Source: an uncultured Chthonomonadaceae bacterium
GTDB lineage: Bacteria > Armatimonadota > Chthonomonadetes > Chthonomonadales > Chthonomonadaceae
Direction: 5' to 3'
Assembly: GCA_963835065.1 (NCBI GenBank)
Contig: CAWIEK010000012.1
Span: forward strand, 25,761-89,760
DNA: 64,000 nucleotides
Below, in pieces: positions 10,864 to 21,612 of the stretch. A program made the position numbers and the translations under genes. The notes beneath the pieces were generated by a model. The model was given only the letters and a program-made list of their open reading frames with translations. It was not told the origin of the DNA and searched no databases. How positions within the stretch are numbered: position 1 is the first letter of the stretch; every line of letters starts with the position of its first letter.

Positions 10864-11829
10864 GTGAATCGAATCTATCGCTGGTGGTTTGGGAGTTTGA
10901 CGTGCTTGACGCTGATGAGCGTTCTGGCGGGAAGCGCGGGGGCGCAAAAGCCTACCAATGACAACAAGGAGAAAACGGAAACGGTGATGCCTACGTGGTC
11001 GCATTTGCAGGAAACGTATGCGTATGACGCCAAAAAGCCGCTGCGCGTGAAGGAAGAACTTAAACACAGCGACACGGCGTACATGGTGCATCTGCAAATC
11101 GAAGGGCCGGACGGCAAGATGGCGCCGGGCGTGTTTATGCGGCCCAAAGCGGACGGCGTGTACCCGGTCGTGCTGCTGCTGCATGGCCTGACCAGTGATA
11201 AGGAAACCATGCTCAACATCTTCGGCAAGCCGATGGTGGAGCAGGGCGTGGCGGTGTTGGCGCTGGACGCGCCCTATCATGGCGAACGCAAAGACCCGAA
11301 AGTGAATCCCTCGCAGCCGACCGTGTTTCCCGGCGTGGTGCAGCAAGGCTGCCGGGAATGGCGGCGCGGCTTGGATTACCTGGCGACCCGCAAGGACGTG
11401 GATATGAAACACGTCGGGCTGCTCGGCTACAGCATGGGTTCCATGATGGGTTCCATTTTGGGCGGCGTGGATAACCGTATCAGCGCGTTCTCGCTGTGCG
11501 TGGGCGGCGACCCGGTTCTGCCGGCGGCGGAACAGCTTCCGATGATGCTGCGCGACGTCGTGTATGCGTCCAGTCCAAGCTTGTACATCGGGCATATCGC
11601 GCCGCGCCCCCTGCTGATGCTCAACGGCAGGCGCGACACGACCATGCCGGAAGCGGCTTCCAAACGCCTGTACACAGCCGCGCATGAGCCGAAACAGCAG
11701 CTCATGTACGACTGCGGCCACATCCTGACACCGGAAGCGGGCATGAAGGCGGTCACATGGATACTGGAAAAGGTGAAGCCGGGAACAACGGTAAAGTTGG
11801 GCGCGAACCATGCGCCCACGCCGAAGTAG
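10864..11829 (+). CDS. Secreted alpha/beta hydrolase (esterase/peptidase fold)
   Basis: Signal peptide; LLLHG, nucleophile elbow GYSMG, NGRRD, terminal GH. Confidence 0.85.
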   Translation: MNRIYRWWFGSLTCLTLMSVLAGSAGAQKPTNDNKEKTETVMPTWSHLQETYAYDAKKPLRVKEELKHSDTAYMVHLQIEGPDGKMAPGVFMRPKADGVYPVVLLLHGLTSDKETMLNIFGKPMVEQGVAVLALDAPYHGERKDPKVNPSQPTVFPGVVQQGCREWRRGLDYLATRKDVDMKHVGLLGYSMGSMMGSILGGVDNRISAFSLCVGGDPVLPAAEQLPMMLRDVVYASSPSLYIGHIAPRPLLMLNGRRDTTMPEAASKRLYTAAHEPKQQLMYDCGHILTPEAGMKAVTWILEKVKPGTTVKLGANHAPTPK

Positions 11830-11874
11830 GCAGCAGCGGTTCCTGTCTCCCTGTCTCCTCTTCTCCCCCTCTGA

Positions 11875-12921
11875 TCACTGCGGCGGATTGGCAAGCGGGA
11901 ACCGCACTTTATGATCGGGGAACTGGTCGAGACGCGCCTGTCCCCAGCGCATCCATTTGGCGTGTCCGTCGTAATAGATGTAGTTGGAACCGCCCTGATG
12001 CCGGTTGTACTTGATCCAGCCCTCATTGGGGCGCGTTCCGGTGCCCCATTGCACCAGCGCGGCCTCGCCCGGCCAGGTGTCGTAGTCATCCTGGGGCACA
12101 TAGTAGAAATCCGAAGTGGGATCGTCCAGTCCCTCCGAGTTGCGCTCGGAAAACATAATGATGTTGGGGTTGGACAGGGAAGAAATCACCGAGTCGGTGG
12201 CAAAGCCGGGCAGCGCTCCCTCCAGAATGTAGCGGCACGATTTGTGCGTAAAAATGGAGTTCAGCACATAACTCCACATCGCCCGGTTGTTCTTTTCCGC
12301 CTGGCACTGCTCCCCATCGGGCGCGGCGGTACACTCCTGCCCAATAACGGTGATGCCGCCGTTATAGTCCTGAATGTTGGTTACAAGCCGCTGCGATTTA
12401 GGAGACGGGTCGGACGGGCAGAACATCAGCTGACGGCTCTTGATGTACGGCTGAAAGAAGATTGCCCAGGGTTTTTCCGCGTTGCTGTTGCCGGCCCCAC
12501 CCCCTTTGCAGCCATCTATCGAAGAAGGCAGAACATCCGTCTGCGTCCCATCGTCAAGGACAAACCCCTCATGGTGATGATACAGCGCCCCGTCGAAATC
12601 TTCCATGTACATGCGCGCGGCAAGCCCGACCTGCTTGCAGTTGGACAGGCAGGCGGTTTTTCGCGCCGCCTCCCGCGCCTGCGCAAACACGGGAAACAGA
12701 ATGGCGGCGAGAATCGCGATTATCGCGATCACGACGAGCAGTTCGATCAGGGTGAACGCCCGGTGGAGGGAAGAAAACAAGGATGAAGGATGAAGGATGA
12801 ATCCATTGCCGATTGCCGATTTATCCTCTTCTGTCTTCTCTTCTGTTCCCTGTTCCCTATTCCCTGTTCCCTCCTGTGTTGGGCGTTGCGTAAACCGTTT
12901 TTTGTTGCGTGTGGGCGTCAT
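11875..12921 (-). CDS. Prepilin-type N-terminal cleavage/methylation protein (DUF1559-like, H-X9-DG C-terminus)
   Basis: [46 protein letters not shown]-terminal [16 protein letters not shown]. Start placed at MTPTR. Confidence 0.9.
   Translation of the reverse strand: MTPTRNKKRFTQRPTQEGTGNREQGTEEKTEEDKSAIGNGFILHPSSLFSSLHRAFTLIELLVVIAIIAILAAILFPVFAQAREAARKTACLSNCKQVGLAARMYMEDFDGALYHHHEGFVLDDGTQTDVLPSSIDGCKGGGAGNSNAEKPWAIFFQPYIKSRQLMFCPSDPSPKSQRLVTNIQDYNGGITVIGQECTAAPDGEQCQAEKNNRAMWSYVLNSIFTHKSCRYILEGALPGFATDSVISSLSNPNIIMFSERNSEGLDDPTSDFYYVPQDDYDTWPGEAALVQWGTGTRPNEGWIKYNRHQGGSNYIYYDGHAKWMRWGQARLDQFPDHKVRFPLANPPQ
12781..12872. repeat. Concatenated heptamer repeats inside the prepilin leader
   Basis: (ggatgaa)x3, (attgccg)x2 and (ttccctg/a)x4, translated as [11 protein letters not shown]...SAIGN...FILHPSS. 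Confidence 0.85.
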
Positions 12922-13198
12922 GGCTAAGTTTCTCCCGGTGTTTGCGCTGCAAGTTTTGCTGTAAGATTGTAGCACGAATTTCAAAATTGTGCTACCAAAT
13001 GAAGGGAGCGCGTCCGCAAATTCGCGTTTTCGGCGAAACATGGCGGCGCGTGAAAATTTAATGAGGCCAAAAGGATATACAAGCAGGATTTATTGCGACC
13101 TACATCAAAATAGTTGACACGAATTCGCTTCTGCTTTATAATGCAGATGCAGCTTTGTGGGTACAACGGCGTGACGCGCTGCGCAGGGAGGTTTTTGC

Positions 13199-13732
13199 AT
13201 GACGGACACATTTTCTTCCATTGAGCCGGAAAGCACGAAAGCGCCGGCAGGTAAGGCCGGCAAAAAGAAACGAGGCCGCATAGGGGAAATTCTGGGCGTT
13301 CTGGTCATCATCGGGCTTGTGGTCGGCATCGCGTTTTATCAGGAGACGATCAGCTCCTTCTTCGCGCTGCGCTTGTGGGATAAAAGCGCGCCGGGAAATA
13401 CGGTAGCGAGTTTCCTTGCCGCCGGGAAAAAGGGGGATCAGAAAGCCGCCGACAGCTACCTGGGGAGTTCCGACTTCCACGCCCTGAACAAAAACGGCAA
13501 GTGGCAGGGATATTTCATCGTAACGCCCGCCGGTAAAATCGAGTTTACGTTTGACGATCTCGCGCCCAACGCCGCGCCCGCCGACGTGCCGACAAACTTT
13601 CTCACGATAGGCAAAGGCGCTGCCGAAGTGATGATGCCGAGCGCGGGCGGGAAACCCGTGAAGTACCGACTGGAAATGAAAGATGGCGCCTGGAAAATCA
13701 CGGAGATACTCGGCGGCCATGCCTCACACTGA
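13199..13732 (+). CDS. Hypothetical single-TM protein
   Basis: GGAGG RBS upstream; one TM helix; C-terminal WKITEI. Confidence 0.75.
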   Translation: MTDTFSSIEPESTKAPAGKAGKKKRGRIGEILGVLVIIGLVVGIAFYQETISSFFALRLWDKSAPGNTVASFLAAGKKGDQKAADSYLGSSDFHALNKNGKWQGYFIVTPAGKIEFTFDDLAPNAAPADVPTNFLTIGKGAAEVMMPSAGGKPVKYRLEMKDGAWKITEILGGHASH

Positions 13733-15005
13733 TACAAGCGTCAAGAACAAAGTCAGCGAAGGTAAGCAAAAGGCTGCGGGCAAACAGCGGCCTGGCGGTT
13801 CCCGTCGGCTTTGGCGGCTTTGTGTTGGAGCATTGGTTGGGATAATCGCGCTGACAGCCATTCTCTACGGGCCGTCGCAATGGGCGAATTATCAGAATGC
13901 CAAACTGAAGCGCTTGAGCCTGCCGGAACTGGAAGGAGTCGTTAAGCAACAGCCCCAAAATGTCAATGCGCTGTATTCTCTTGGCCTGGCGTATTCCCGC
14001 GACAACCGCCATCTGGATGCCACGCGCGCCTTTCTCGCCGTTCTCGACAAAGACCCGGTGCGCGCCGACGTCCTCAACGATCTGGGCGTTTCCTATCTGT
14101 TTCAGCAGCGCTATTATGAATCTCTTGTAGCGTTTCAGGGGGCGTTGTCCGTCCGACCGGATTACGCGCCCGCCTGCGCCAACATGGGGCGGCTTCACCT
14201 GGCAACCAAGATGCCCTTTTCCGCTGTCACCGAACTGGAAAAGGCGGTGAAGCTGGAAGGCAATAATGTCGCCGCCCTGTGCGATCTTGGCGAAGCGTAC
14301 CAGCAGACGCTCAACCTGAAAGGGGCGCAGACCATTTATCAGCGCGCCCTGCAATCCGATCCCAACTCCCTTCCGGCCTGCGTTGGCCTGGGCAAAACTC
14401 TTTACAGCCTGGGGAACTACGACGAGGCCGAAAAGTCGCTGAATACGGCGCTGAAACTGTCGCCGGACAATTCTGCCGCCCTGATCGCGCTCGGACGCCT
14501 GCGCCTGGAGCGGGCCGCGAATTCCGCAGAGGTGGAAGGCGCGTCGGCCCTGTTTACGCGCGCTATTCAGTCGGATGCGGAAGACCCGGAAGGCTGGTAC
14601 AACCTGGGCCGCGCGTTGTTGCGCCAGAACAAGCCGACGCTGGCAGTGGAAAAACTGGCACACGCTCTGCAATTATCGCCGCAGCACCAGAGCGCTATGC
14701 ACGAAATGGAGCGCGCGTTGCGACTGAGCGGGAGGATTTCGGACGCGGATCGCGTGGGGCAGGAGTTTCAAAGACTTGCCCTGCGCGACCGGGAAGAAAC
14801 GCATCTGGAGGAACACATCGCCCACGCGCCGCAGGATTGGGACGCCAAAGTCCGGCTGGCGCTATCGTATACGCAGTCCGGCAATCGCGGCATGGCGCTG
14901 CTGCTGTACCGTCAGGTGAAGGAAAACGCCCCGCAAACGCCCCAACTGCCTGCGCTGCAGCAGGCATTGAACCGGCAGGCCGCTATGTCCGCTCCTGTGC
15001 GCTGA
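13719..15005 (+). CDS. Tetratricopeptide repeat membrane protein
   Basis: N-terminal TM helix followed by many TPR motifs (ALYSLGLAY, VLNDLGVSY, GWYNLGRAL). Confidence 0.85.
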   Translation: MPHTDTSVKNKVSEGKQKAAGKQRPGGSRRLWRLCVGALVGIIALTAILYGPSQWANYQNAKLKRLSLPELEGVVKQQPQNVNALYSLGLAYSRDNRHLDATRAFLAVLDKDPVRADVLNDLGVSYLFQQRYYESLVAFQGALSVRPDYAPACANMGRLHLATKMPFSAVTELEKAVKLEGNNVAALCDLGEAYQQTLNLKGAQTIYQRALQSDPNSLPACVGLGKTLYSLGNYDEAEKSLNTALKLSPDNSAALIALGRLRLERAANSAEVEGASALFTRAIQSDAEDPEGWYNLGRALLRQNKPTLAVEKLAHALQLSPQHQSAMHEMERALRLSGRISDADRVGQEFQRLALRDREETHLEEHIAHAPQDWDAKVRLALSYTQSGNRGMALLLYRQVKENAPQTPQLPALQQALNRQAAMSAPVR

Positions 15006-15009
15006 AACT

Positions 15010-16722
15010 ATGATAAGCCACAAGTCCGCCGCTATTTTTGCTGTAAATTGGCTCCGCCTCGTCCTGTTGTTGCTTTTGCCTGTGGTGGCGGGATGCCGTC
15101 ATGTCGCGCCAACCGTTCTCGCAAACGCCGCGCCCTTGCCGGCAGGCGAGTTTTGCCTGCAGGATACCGCTGCCGCGCATGGCATCCACTTTCAGCACCA
15201 TTACGGCTCCCGGTCGCCGATTACCATTGTGGAGGCGATGGGCAGCGGGTGCGCGTTTTTCGATTACGACAACGACGGGTGGCAGGACGTTTTTCTGGTG
15301 AGCGCCGGGCAGGATTTTCAACTGCCCCGGCAGAAGATGGAAAGCAAGCTGTACCACAACAACGGCGATGGCACGTTTACGGATGTTACCGCGTCTTCGG
15401 GGATAGTGATTGACGGGTACGCGATGGGCTGCTGCGTTGGCGATTATGATAATGATGGCCGAGACGATCTGTTCGTGAGCGGGTACGGACGCTGCTGGCT
15501 GTTTCGGAACCTGGGGAACGGCAAATTTCAGGACGTGACCAAAGAAGCGGGCCTTGTGCCCCGACCGGGAGCGTGGGGCATGGGCTGCGCCTTCGTGGAT
15601 GTAAACCGGGATGGCCTGCTGGATTTGTATGTCGCCAACTATGTGCAGTACGATCCGAAAATCCCCCTGTGCCGCTCTGCCAACGTAATGCACGGCTGTA
15701 CCCCCAACCAGTACGCGACGCAGGCCAACAATCTTTACATCAATCAGGGGCATGGCCGGTTTGTGGATAAAGCCAAAGAGTTGGGCGCGGATGATCCGAA
15801 TGGCGCGGGGTTGGGCGTAGTCGTGTGCGATTTCGATGAGGACGGCTGGCCGGATATTTTCGTCGCCAACGACGGTACGCCCAACGCCCTGCTGCACAAC
15901 GAACACGGGCATTTTCGCAATATCGGACTGGCTTCGGGAGTGGCGTTTGGAGAGGGCGGCGTGATGCGGGCGGGCATGGGAACCAGCGTGGGCGATTACG
16001 ATGGGGATGGGCATCTTGATCTGGTTGTCACCAATTTTCAGCATGAACCCGTTTCCGTCTTTCACAACGACATGCAGCAGTCGTTTACGGATGCCTCCTT
16101 TCGCAGTGGCGTGGGTACGCCAACTCTCAATCGCTTGAAGTTCGGCATTGTTTTTGCGGACTTGAACGGGGATGGCAGGGAGGACTTGTACATCGGCAAC
16201 GGTCATGTGTACGACAATGTAGCCGCGTTTGACGATTCGGCCACGTTCGAGCAGCCGGACCAGATACTTATCAATCAGGGCAAGGGATGGTTCGCGGAAT
16301 TGCTGCCGACTGCGGGCGTGTTTCAGCCTGTCCCTTCGGTAACGCGCTCCATTGCCACAGGCGATTTTAATAATGATGGCGCAACCGACCTGCTCATCAA
16401 CAGCCTGGGACGCCCCGCGCGCCTGCTGGAAAACCACTTCACCCATCCCGGACACTGGCTCGGAATCAAACTGGTGGGAACGCGCAGCAACCGCAGCGCG
16501 ATTGGGGCGCGGCTGGAATTGCATACCCCAAACGGCGTTCAGGTGCGCGAGGTGTGCAGTGGCGGCAGCTATCTGGCGCAATCCGATCTGCGCGGTTTGT
16601 TCAATCTTGGCAATGTTTCAGACCCGCGCGCATTATCCCTGCGTATCCGCTGGCCGAGCGGAACCCCGCAGACCTGGCAGCCGACGCGCCTGGACGCTTA
16701 CGTGACGATACAGGAACCATAA
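15010..16722 (+). CDS. CRTAC1 family protein (FG-GAP/VCBS repeats + ASPIC/UnbV), probable lipoprotein
   Basis: Repeated D(Y/F)DNDG..D motifs; C-terminal SNRSAIGAR...GGSYLAQSD...WPSG; lipobox VAGC. Confidence 0.9.
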   Translation: MISHKSAAIFAVNWLRLVLLLLLPVVAGCRHVAPTVLANAAPLPAGEFCLQDTAAAHGIHFQHHYGSRSPITIVEAMGSGCAFFDYDNDGWQDVFLVSAGQDFQLPRQKMESKLYHNNGDGTFTDVTASSGIVIDGYAMGCCVGDYDNDGRDDLFVSGYGRCWLFRNLGNGKFQDVTKEAGLVPRPGAWGMGCAFVDVNRDGLLDLYVANYVQYDPKIPLCRSANVMHGCTPNQYATQANNLYINQGHGRFVDKAKELGADDPNGAGLGVVVCDFDEDGWPDIFVANDGTPNALLHNEHGHFRNIGLASGVAFGEGGVMRAGMGTSVGDYDGDGHLDLVVTNFQHEPVSVFHNDMQQSFTDASFRSGVGTPTLNRLKFGIVFADLNGDGREDLYIGNGHVYDNVAAFDDSATFEQPDQILINQGKGWFAELLPTAGVFQPVPSVTRSIATGDFNNDGATDLLINSLGRPARLLENHFTHPGHWLGIKLVGTRSNRSAIGARLELHTPNGVQVREVCSGGSYLAQSDLRGLFNLGNVSDPRALSLRIRWPSGTPQTWQPTRLDAYVTIQEP

Positions 16723-18242
16723 TGAACCGAAACTTGCAGGGCGCGATGGTATCAGCGGCGATTATAGCGGGTGGCTGGGGATGCGGCAAGTCCGCGCCGC
16801 CTGCCGCCATTGTACCAACTTCTGATGTCGCGCCGCCTGCCTCCGTTGCGCCGCCTGCTTCTGTTGTGCCTTCTTCTCCCGTCGGGCCGACAACTCCGCC
16901 TGTTGCTTCCTCCCTGCCCGCTCCCCCGGCAGGCGTGGACAACCTACTTGCTCCCCCGTCGGCAACTCCCCTTGCGCCCATTTCCGGTACGCCGGTTTCG
17001 CCTGCTCCTCCCAAGCCGATAACGGATTACGCGACGGCGGCGCAGCAGGTCGAAGCCACCCTTCGCGCGCATCCGAAAGACTACGAACTGCAAATCAACG
17101 CCGCCCGTTTCTACATGCAGACCAATCACCACGAGGCCGCCATTCCCCATTTGCAGGCTGCCGCCCGGCTTGATCCGCATCAGGTTCTGCCCTGGATTGC
17201 GCTAGGAGACGCCTGTACGCTGTCCGGCCATTTCGCGCAGGCGGCGCAGGCTTACAATCACGCGGATACCCTGGAACCCTCCAATCCTTTAATTGCGCGC
17301 GGCAGGGGCCAGCTTCTGCTGCTTCAAAAACGCTTCGAGGAAGCGCGGCAAACCCTGGAAGCCAGCCTGAAACGCCATCCCGATGATGTGGAAACCCGCA
17401 CCGCCCTGGGAAATCTCTACCTTGTGCTGAACCGGACGCGCAAAGCCGTGGAAACATTGCAGCCCGCCGTTGCCGCCGCCCCCAACCGCCCCGACCTGCA
17501 TCTGCTGTTGGGAGAAGCCTACGAGCGCGACCTGCATCTGGAAGCCGGGATTGCGGAAATGCGCGAAGCCACGCGCCTGGAGCCGCGACTCGCGGAAGCC
17601 TGGGGGCGGGAAGGATTGTATCTGATCAATCTGACGCGCTATAAAGAAGCCCGCCCGCCACTGGAACAAGCGATTGCGCTGGAACCGGGCGAAGGGCACT
17701 ACTATTGGGCGCTGGGCGACTCCTATCTGCTGGAATCAACCGACGCGGCGAACTTTGAACAGGCGATCCAACTCTACCGGAAAGCGCTGGCACTGGACCC
17801 GAAAAACGATAAAGCGCTGTACTCCTGCGCTATGGCCCTGACCCGCAGAGGCCGCCCGGGGGATTTGGAAGAGTCGGTTGGCCTGCTCAAGCGCCTGATC
17901 GCCATCAATCCTATAGACACGAATGCGGAGTACAAACTGGCGGAAACCTACCGGCGACTCGGACGCCCCGCAGACGCGGCAAAGCATCGCGCCCGCTTCG
18001 ATGCGCTGTTCGCAAAGGGGCGCGTCCAAACCCGGCAACTGTATGCCGCCACTGCCACGCGGGACACGGCGCAGGCGCATTTGCTGTTGGGACGCGAAGC
18101 CCTGAAGCGCAAAAACTACGCGCAAGCCTCGCAGGAGTTTCAGCAGGCGCTGCAGCGCGACCAATCCCTCTCCGAAGCGCGGAACGGAATGTTGCAGGCG
18201 CAAAAGAATCTGGGACTGATTGGCGGAAAGAGTCAGCCCTAG
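16722..18242 (+). CDS. TPR lipoprotein with Pro-rich linker
   Basis: TAATG overlap with the upstream stop; GWGC lipobox-like motif; multiple TPR motifs. Confidence 0.85.
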   Translation: MNRNLQGAMVSAAIIAGGWGCGKSAPPAAIVPTSDVAPPASVAPPASVVPSSPVGPTTPPVASSLPAPPAGVDNLLAPPSATPLAPISGTPVSPAPPKPITDYATAAQQVEATLRAHPKDYELQINAARFYMQTNHHEAAIPHLQAAARLDPHQVLPWIALGDACTLSGHFAQAAQAYNHADTLEPSNPLIARGRGQLLLLQKRFEEARQTLEASLKRHPDDVETRTALGNLYLVLNRTRKAVETLQPAVAAAPNRPDLHLLLGEAYERDLHLEAGIAEMREATRLEPRLAEAWGREGLYLINLTRYKEARPPLEQAIALEPGEGHYYWALGDSYLLESTDAANFEQAIQLYRKALALDPKNDKALYSCAMALTRRGRPGDLEESVGLLKRLIAINPIDTNAEYKLAETYRRLGRPADAAKHRARFDALFAKGRVQTRQLYAATATRDTAQAHLLLGREALKRKNYAQASQEFQQALQRDQSLSEARNGMLQAQKNLGLIGGKSQP

Positions 18243-18270
18243 AATGCGCCATTATAATGAAGAGGCAATT

Positions 18271-20008
18271 ATGAAATCGAAAGAGCTGTGTTGTCTGCTT
18301 GGCGACAATGCTGCTCGGTCGTGCATGGCATTAGCAGGGATGTGTACATTCGCCCGCCAAAGACGCCTGTCTGCCGCAGCTCCAACGTCCGCGCCGATTG
18401 TCACCACCCGCCGTAAACGGCTTTCGAGACATTTCCGTTGCGAGTGGGCTGGCCGCGTTTCTGCATTGTGACGGCAGCAGCGGCAAAAAGTTTTTCCCGG
18501 AGCAGATGGGCGGCGGCGTGGCGATCTTCGATTATGACGGCGACGGCTGGCCGGACGTGTATTTCTGTTCGGGCGCGGCTCTGCCCGGTTACAAAGGTCC
18601 TGCCCCGCGCAATTACCTGTTTCGCAACAAGCACGACGGCACGTTTGAAGATGTCACCCTGAAAGCAGGCGTCGCTTGCAACCAGTATTGCATCGGCGTG
18701 GCGGTGGGCGATTATGACAACGACGGACGGCTTGATTTGTACGTGACCGGCTTCGGCGGGAACACGCTGTACCATAATAACGGCGATGGCACATTTACCG
18801 ACGTGACCGAAAAGGCGCATGTGCGCGGCGGCAAGCTTTCCAGCAGCGCGACGTGGGTGGATGTGGACGGCGACGGGTATCTCGACTTGTTCGTGTGCAA
18901 CTACGTTCAGTACCGGCTTGACGAGGACTTGTACTGCAATAAAGTTCCCGGTCACAAGAGCTACTGCGGCCCGAACCTGTACAAGCCGGAACACTGTACG
19001 CTGTACCACAACAACCATGACGGCACGTTTACCGATATTTCCAAAGCGGCGGGACTGCTGAAAGAAGCCGGCAACGGGCTTGGCGTGGTTGCCATAGATT
19101 ACGATGAGGACGGCAAGCCCGATATTTTTGTCGCCAACGATCAATCCCCCAACCACCTGTGGCACAACAACGGCAACGGCACGTTCACCAACGTGGCCCC
19201 GGAAATGGGAACGGCGTTCGGGGAACAGGGAACCGCCAAGGCGGGCATGGGCGTGGATTTCGGCGATTATGACAACGACGGCAAATACGATGTGGTTGTC
19301 AGCAATTTCAGCGAGGAGGCGGATGCGCTGTACCACTGGTCGGAGGGCGTATACCGGGATGTGGCGTTTTCAACCGGCATCGGGCCTTCCACGCTGATGT
19401 ATTTAGGCTTTGGAACCGGCTTTCTGGATTATGACCGGGATGGCCTGCTGGACATATTTTTCGCCAACGGGCATGTCATGGACGACATCGGGGAGTATTC
19501 CGATTCCATCTCGTGGGCGCAGTCGAACCTTCTGTTTCACAACCGGGGCAACGGCACGTTTGAGAATGTCTCGCAGGCAACCGGCGTCAGTGAAGGCAAG
19601 CGCGTGGGACGGGGTACGGCGTTTGGAGACTTGTTCAATGACGGCCACACCGATATTATCGTGTCCGCGCTACGCAGTCATCCCCTCGCGCTGAAAAACG
19701 AGTGCGCCCCGGACGCGCACTGGCTGGAACTGGATTTGCGCGCGAGTTGGGGCAACCCGCAGGCGATAGGCGCGCATGTCTGGCTCACGGCAGGGGGAAC
19801 CACACAGCGCCGGGATGTGAAAACCGGCGGCAGTTATGCCTCGGCAAGCGATATTCGCCCCCTGTTCGGATTGGGGAGCCATACGCAGGTGGACGAACTC
19901 AAAATCAAGTGGCCGAGCGGCCAAACAACCGTCATAAAGGGACCGCCCATTGATCGCATCTTAAACATCCATGAGCCGCCCAAGCCACAAACGCTAGGCA
20001 AACGCTAA
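18271..20008 (+). CDS. Second CRTAC1 family protein (ASPIC/UnbV); N-terminal signal probably frameshifted
   Basis: ORF 18398-20008 has EQMGGGVAIFDYDGDG, repeated D.DGDG motifs and NPQAIGA...GGSYASAS...WPSG. The start is uncertain. Confidence 0.85.
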
Positions 20009-20027
20009 GAATTCCGGCATAAGTTTG

Positions 20028-20069
20028 CCCTTCTCCCAAAGTTGGGAGAAGGGGTCAGGGGTTGAGGGC
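20028..20069. repeat. REP-like palindrome between convergent genes
   Basis: cccttctcccaa-ag-ttgggagaaggg followed by tcaggggttgagggc. Confidence 0.75.
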
Positions 20070-20087
20070 AAGAATAGGCTCTAAGGT

Positions 20088-20867
20088 CTATTTGCTGTCC
20101 TTACCCAAACTCAGGGAGTGACAGTTGGTGTCGCCGCCGCCCGTGTTCTCTCGCCCGTCGGGACAGTAGGAGAACCAGTTCATATCGTGATTGGTGTTCC
20201 AGCTTGGCGTTTTGTAGGACAGGCGGAAAACTTTGGTATGTCCATCGGCATACGCGGCAACCAACTGGCGGTCATTGGGCGGCAGGATGGGAGTTGCGGT
20301 GGGATGTACGCCGCCGTAGATCGGCAGTTTTTCCTTGTGGAAAGACGACGCCTCAAAGATCATGATCTGTTGGGCGGGTGTGGCAATCGCGGCATCTTTC
20401 GCGCCCTCCTGGACATTGCCGTCTCCGGCTGCGTCGAAGGCGTGGCGGAAGAAATACGAAGTGGGATGTCCCCACCAGGTTTCGTTCGACCAGGGCCAGC
20501 CGGTGCTGCTGCGCCCCCAGAAGTTTTCTCCGGTATCGCTGGGACAGGTAAATATCTGCTCGTTCTTGACGTAGGGTTTGGCGAAGTAGTAGGTGCCACC
20601 GCCCATCATACGGACGATGTTTTGCCCATCCGCTGCGGTTGCCGGCATCGTCGGCAGCATGCCGGAGGCGAAGAGCCTTTCATCGTAGTCGGAGGAGTAC
20701 ATGCGCAGCGCGAGGGCGATCTGCTTCAGGTTGCTGGTGCAGCTTGCCTCGCGCGCTTTTTCGCGGGCTTGCGCAAACACCGGGAACAGGATCGCGGCTA
20801 AAATGGCGATAATGGCGATGACGACGAGCAATTCGATCAGAGTAAACGCCGCTTTCATACGAATCAT
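20088..20867 (-). CDS. Prepilin-type cleavage/methylation protein (DUF1559-like)
   Basis: [68 protein letters not shown]. Confidence 0.9.
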   Translation of the reverse strand: MIRMKAAFTLIELLVVIAIIAILAAILFPVFAQAREKAREASCTSNLKQIALALRMYSSDYDERLFASGMLPTMPATAADGQNIVRMMGGGTYYFAKPYVKNEQIFTCPSDTGENFWGRSSTGWPWSNETWWGHPTSYFFRHAFDAAGDGNVQEGAKDAAIATPAQQIMIFEASSFHKEKLPIYGGVHPTATPILPPNDRQLVAAYADGHTKVFRLSYKTPSWNTNHDMNWFSYCPDGRENTGGGDTNCHSLSLGKDSK

Positions 20868-20910
20868 TTCTATCTCCTTTGCAGAATGACTGCGAATAAC
20901 GTCGCGCGCT

Positions 20911-21201
20911 TCAGTGGCTGGGCGGCGTGAAATTATACCCCCCCATGCTTCCGGGCGCTTTTCCCTGCGCGCCTGCGCTGCCGGCAAACCCCCCGGAGTT
21001 TCCAGCTCCTGGAACCGCAATCGGAGGATTATAAAATCTGCCGGTCTCCTGCACTTTCTTCATCGCGTCCTCACTGCCGGTCGTCTGCTTTGCATGGGAA
21101 GGGTTGAGAACACGAAAACCTATAACGACAACAACGCAGAGAATCACTCCTAACGTCACCCACATGACAACCGGGTTTACTTCCTGTTTCACAAGTATCA
21201 C
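20911..21201 (-). CDS. Small single-TM protein preceding the prepilin-like gene
   Basis: [27 protein letters not shown] segment; AGGAGG upstream; Gly-rich tail. Confidence 0.7.
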   Translation of the reverse strand: MILVKQEVNPVVMWVTLGVILCVVVVIGFRVLNPSHAKQTTGSEDAMKKVQETGRFYNPPIAVPGAGNSGGFAGSAGAQGKAPGSMGGYNFTPPSH

Positions 21202-21323
21202 CTCCTTTTTCTCAAAGGCTGTGCATTTAGTGGCACATTGCCAAGCAACCTATAGTAAGAATTAGTCCTCACTATCTACCTGCTTCGCCACTGTATGTGC
21301 AAACTCCTTTATTTCCGACAGGG

Positions 21324-21345
21324 AACTTGAAAAATTTTCCAAGTT
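21324..21345. promoter_or_regulatory. Near-perfect 22-bp palindrome, candidate operator
   Basis: aacttgaaaaattttccaagtt in the AT-rich region upstream of the 21201-20088 operon. Confidence 0.45.
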
Positions 21346-21612
21346 TTTTTCTGAGACGGTTAAAGAGTGTCTAAACGATAGGATTATTTGCGATTTTACG
21401 ATGAAAACATGCCCGACTGTGAAATATACCGGAATGAAGGGCTAAGATCAGGCTTCTTTTCCTCCATTAGCGCTCTGCTTACGCGCAAGACAGGGCGCGA
21501 ACCAAAATGGTCCGCGCCCTGTCTGCACCGTGCCGTCAGCAATAGTGGATTGCGCTTTTGCGCTGCAAAATCAACACAAGCAAAAGAAAAAACCGTGTAA
21601 TTGTGGCGTAGT

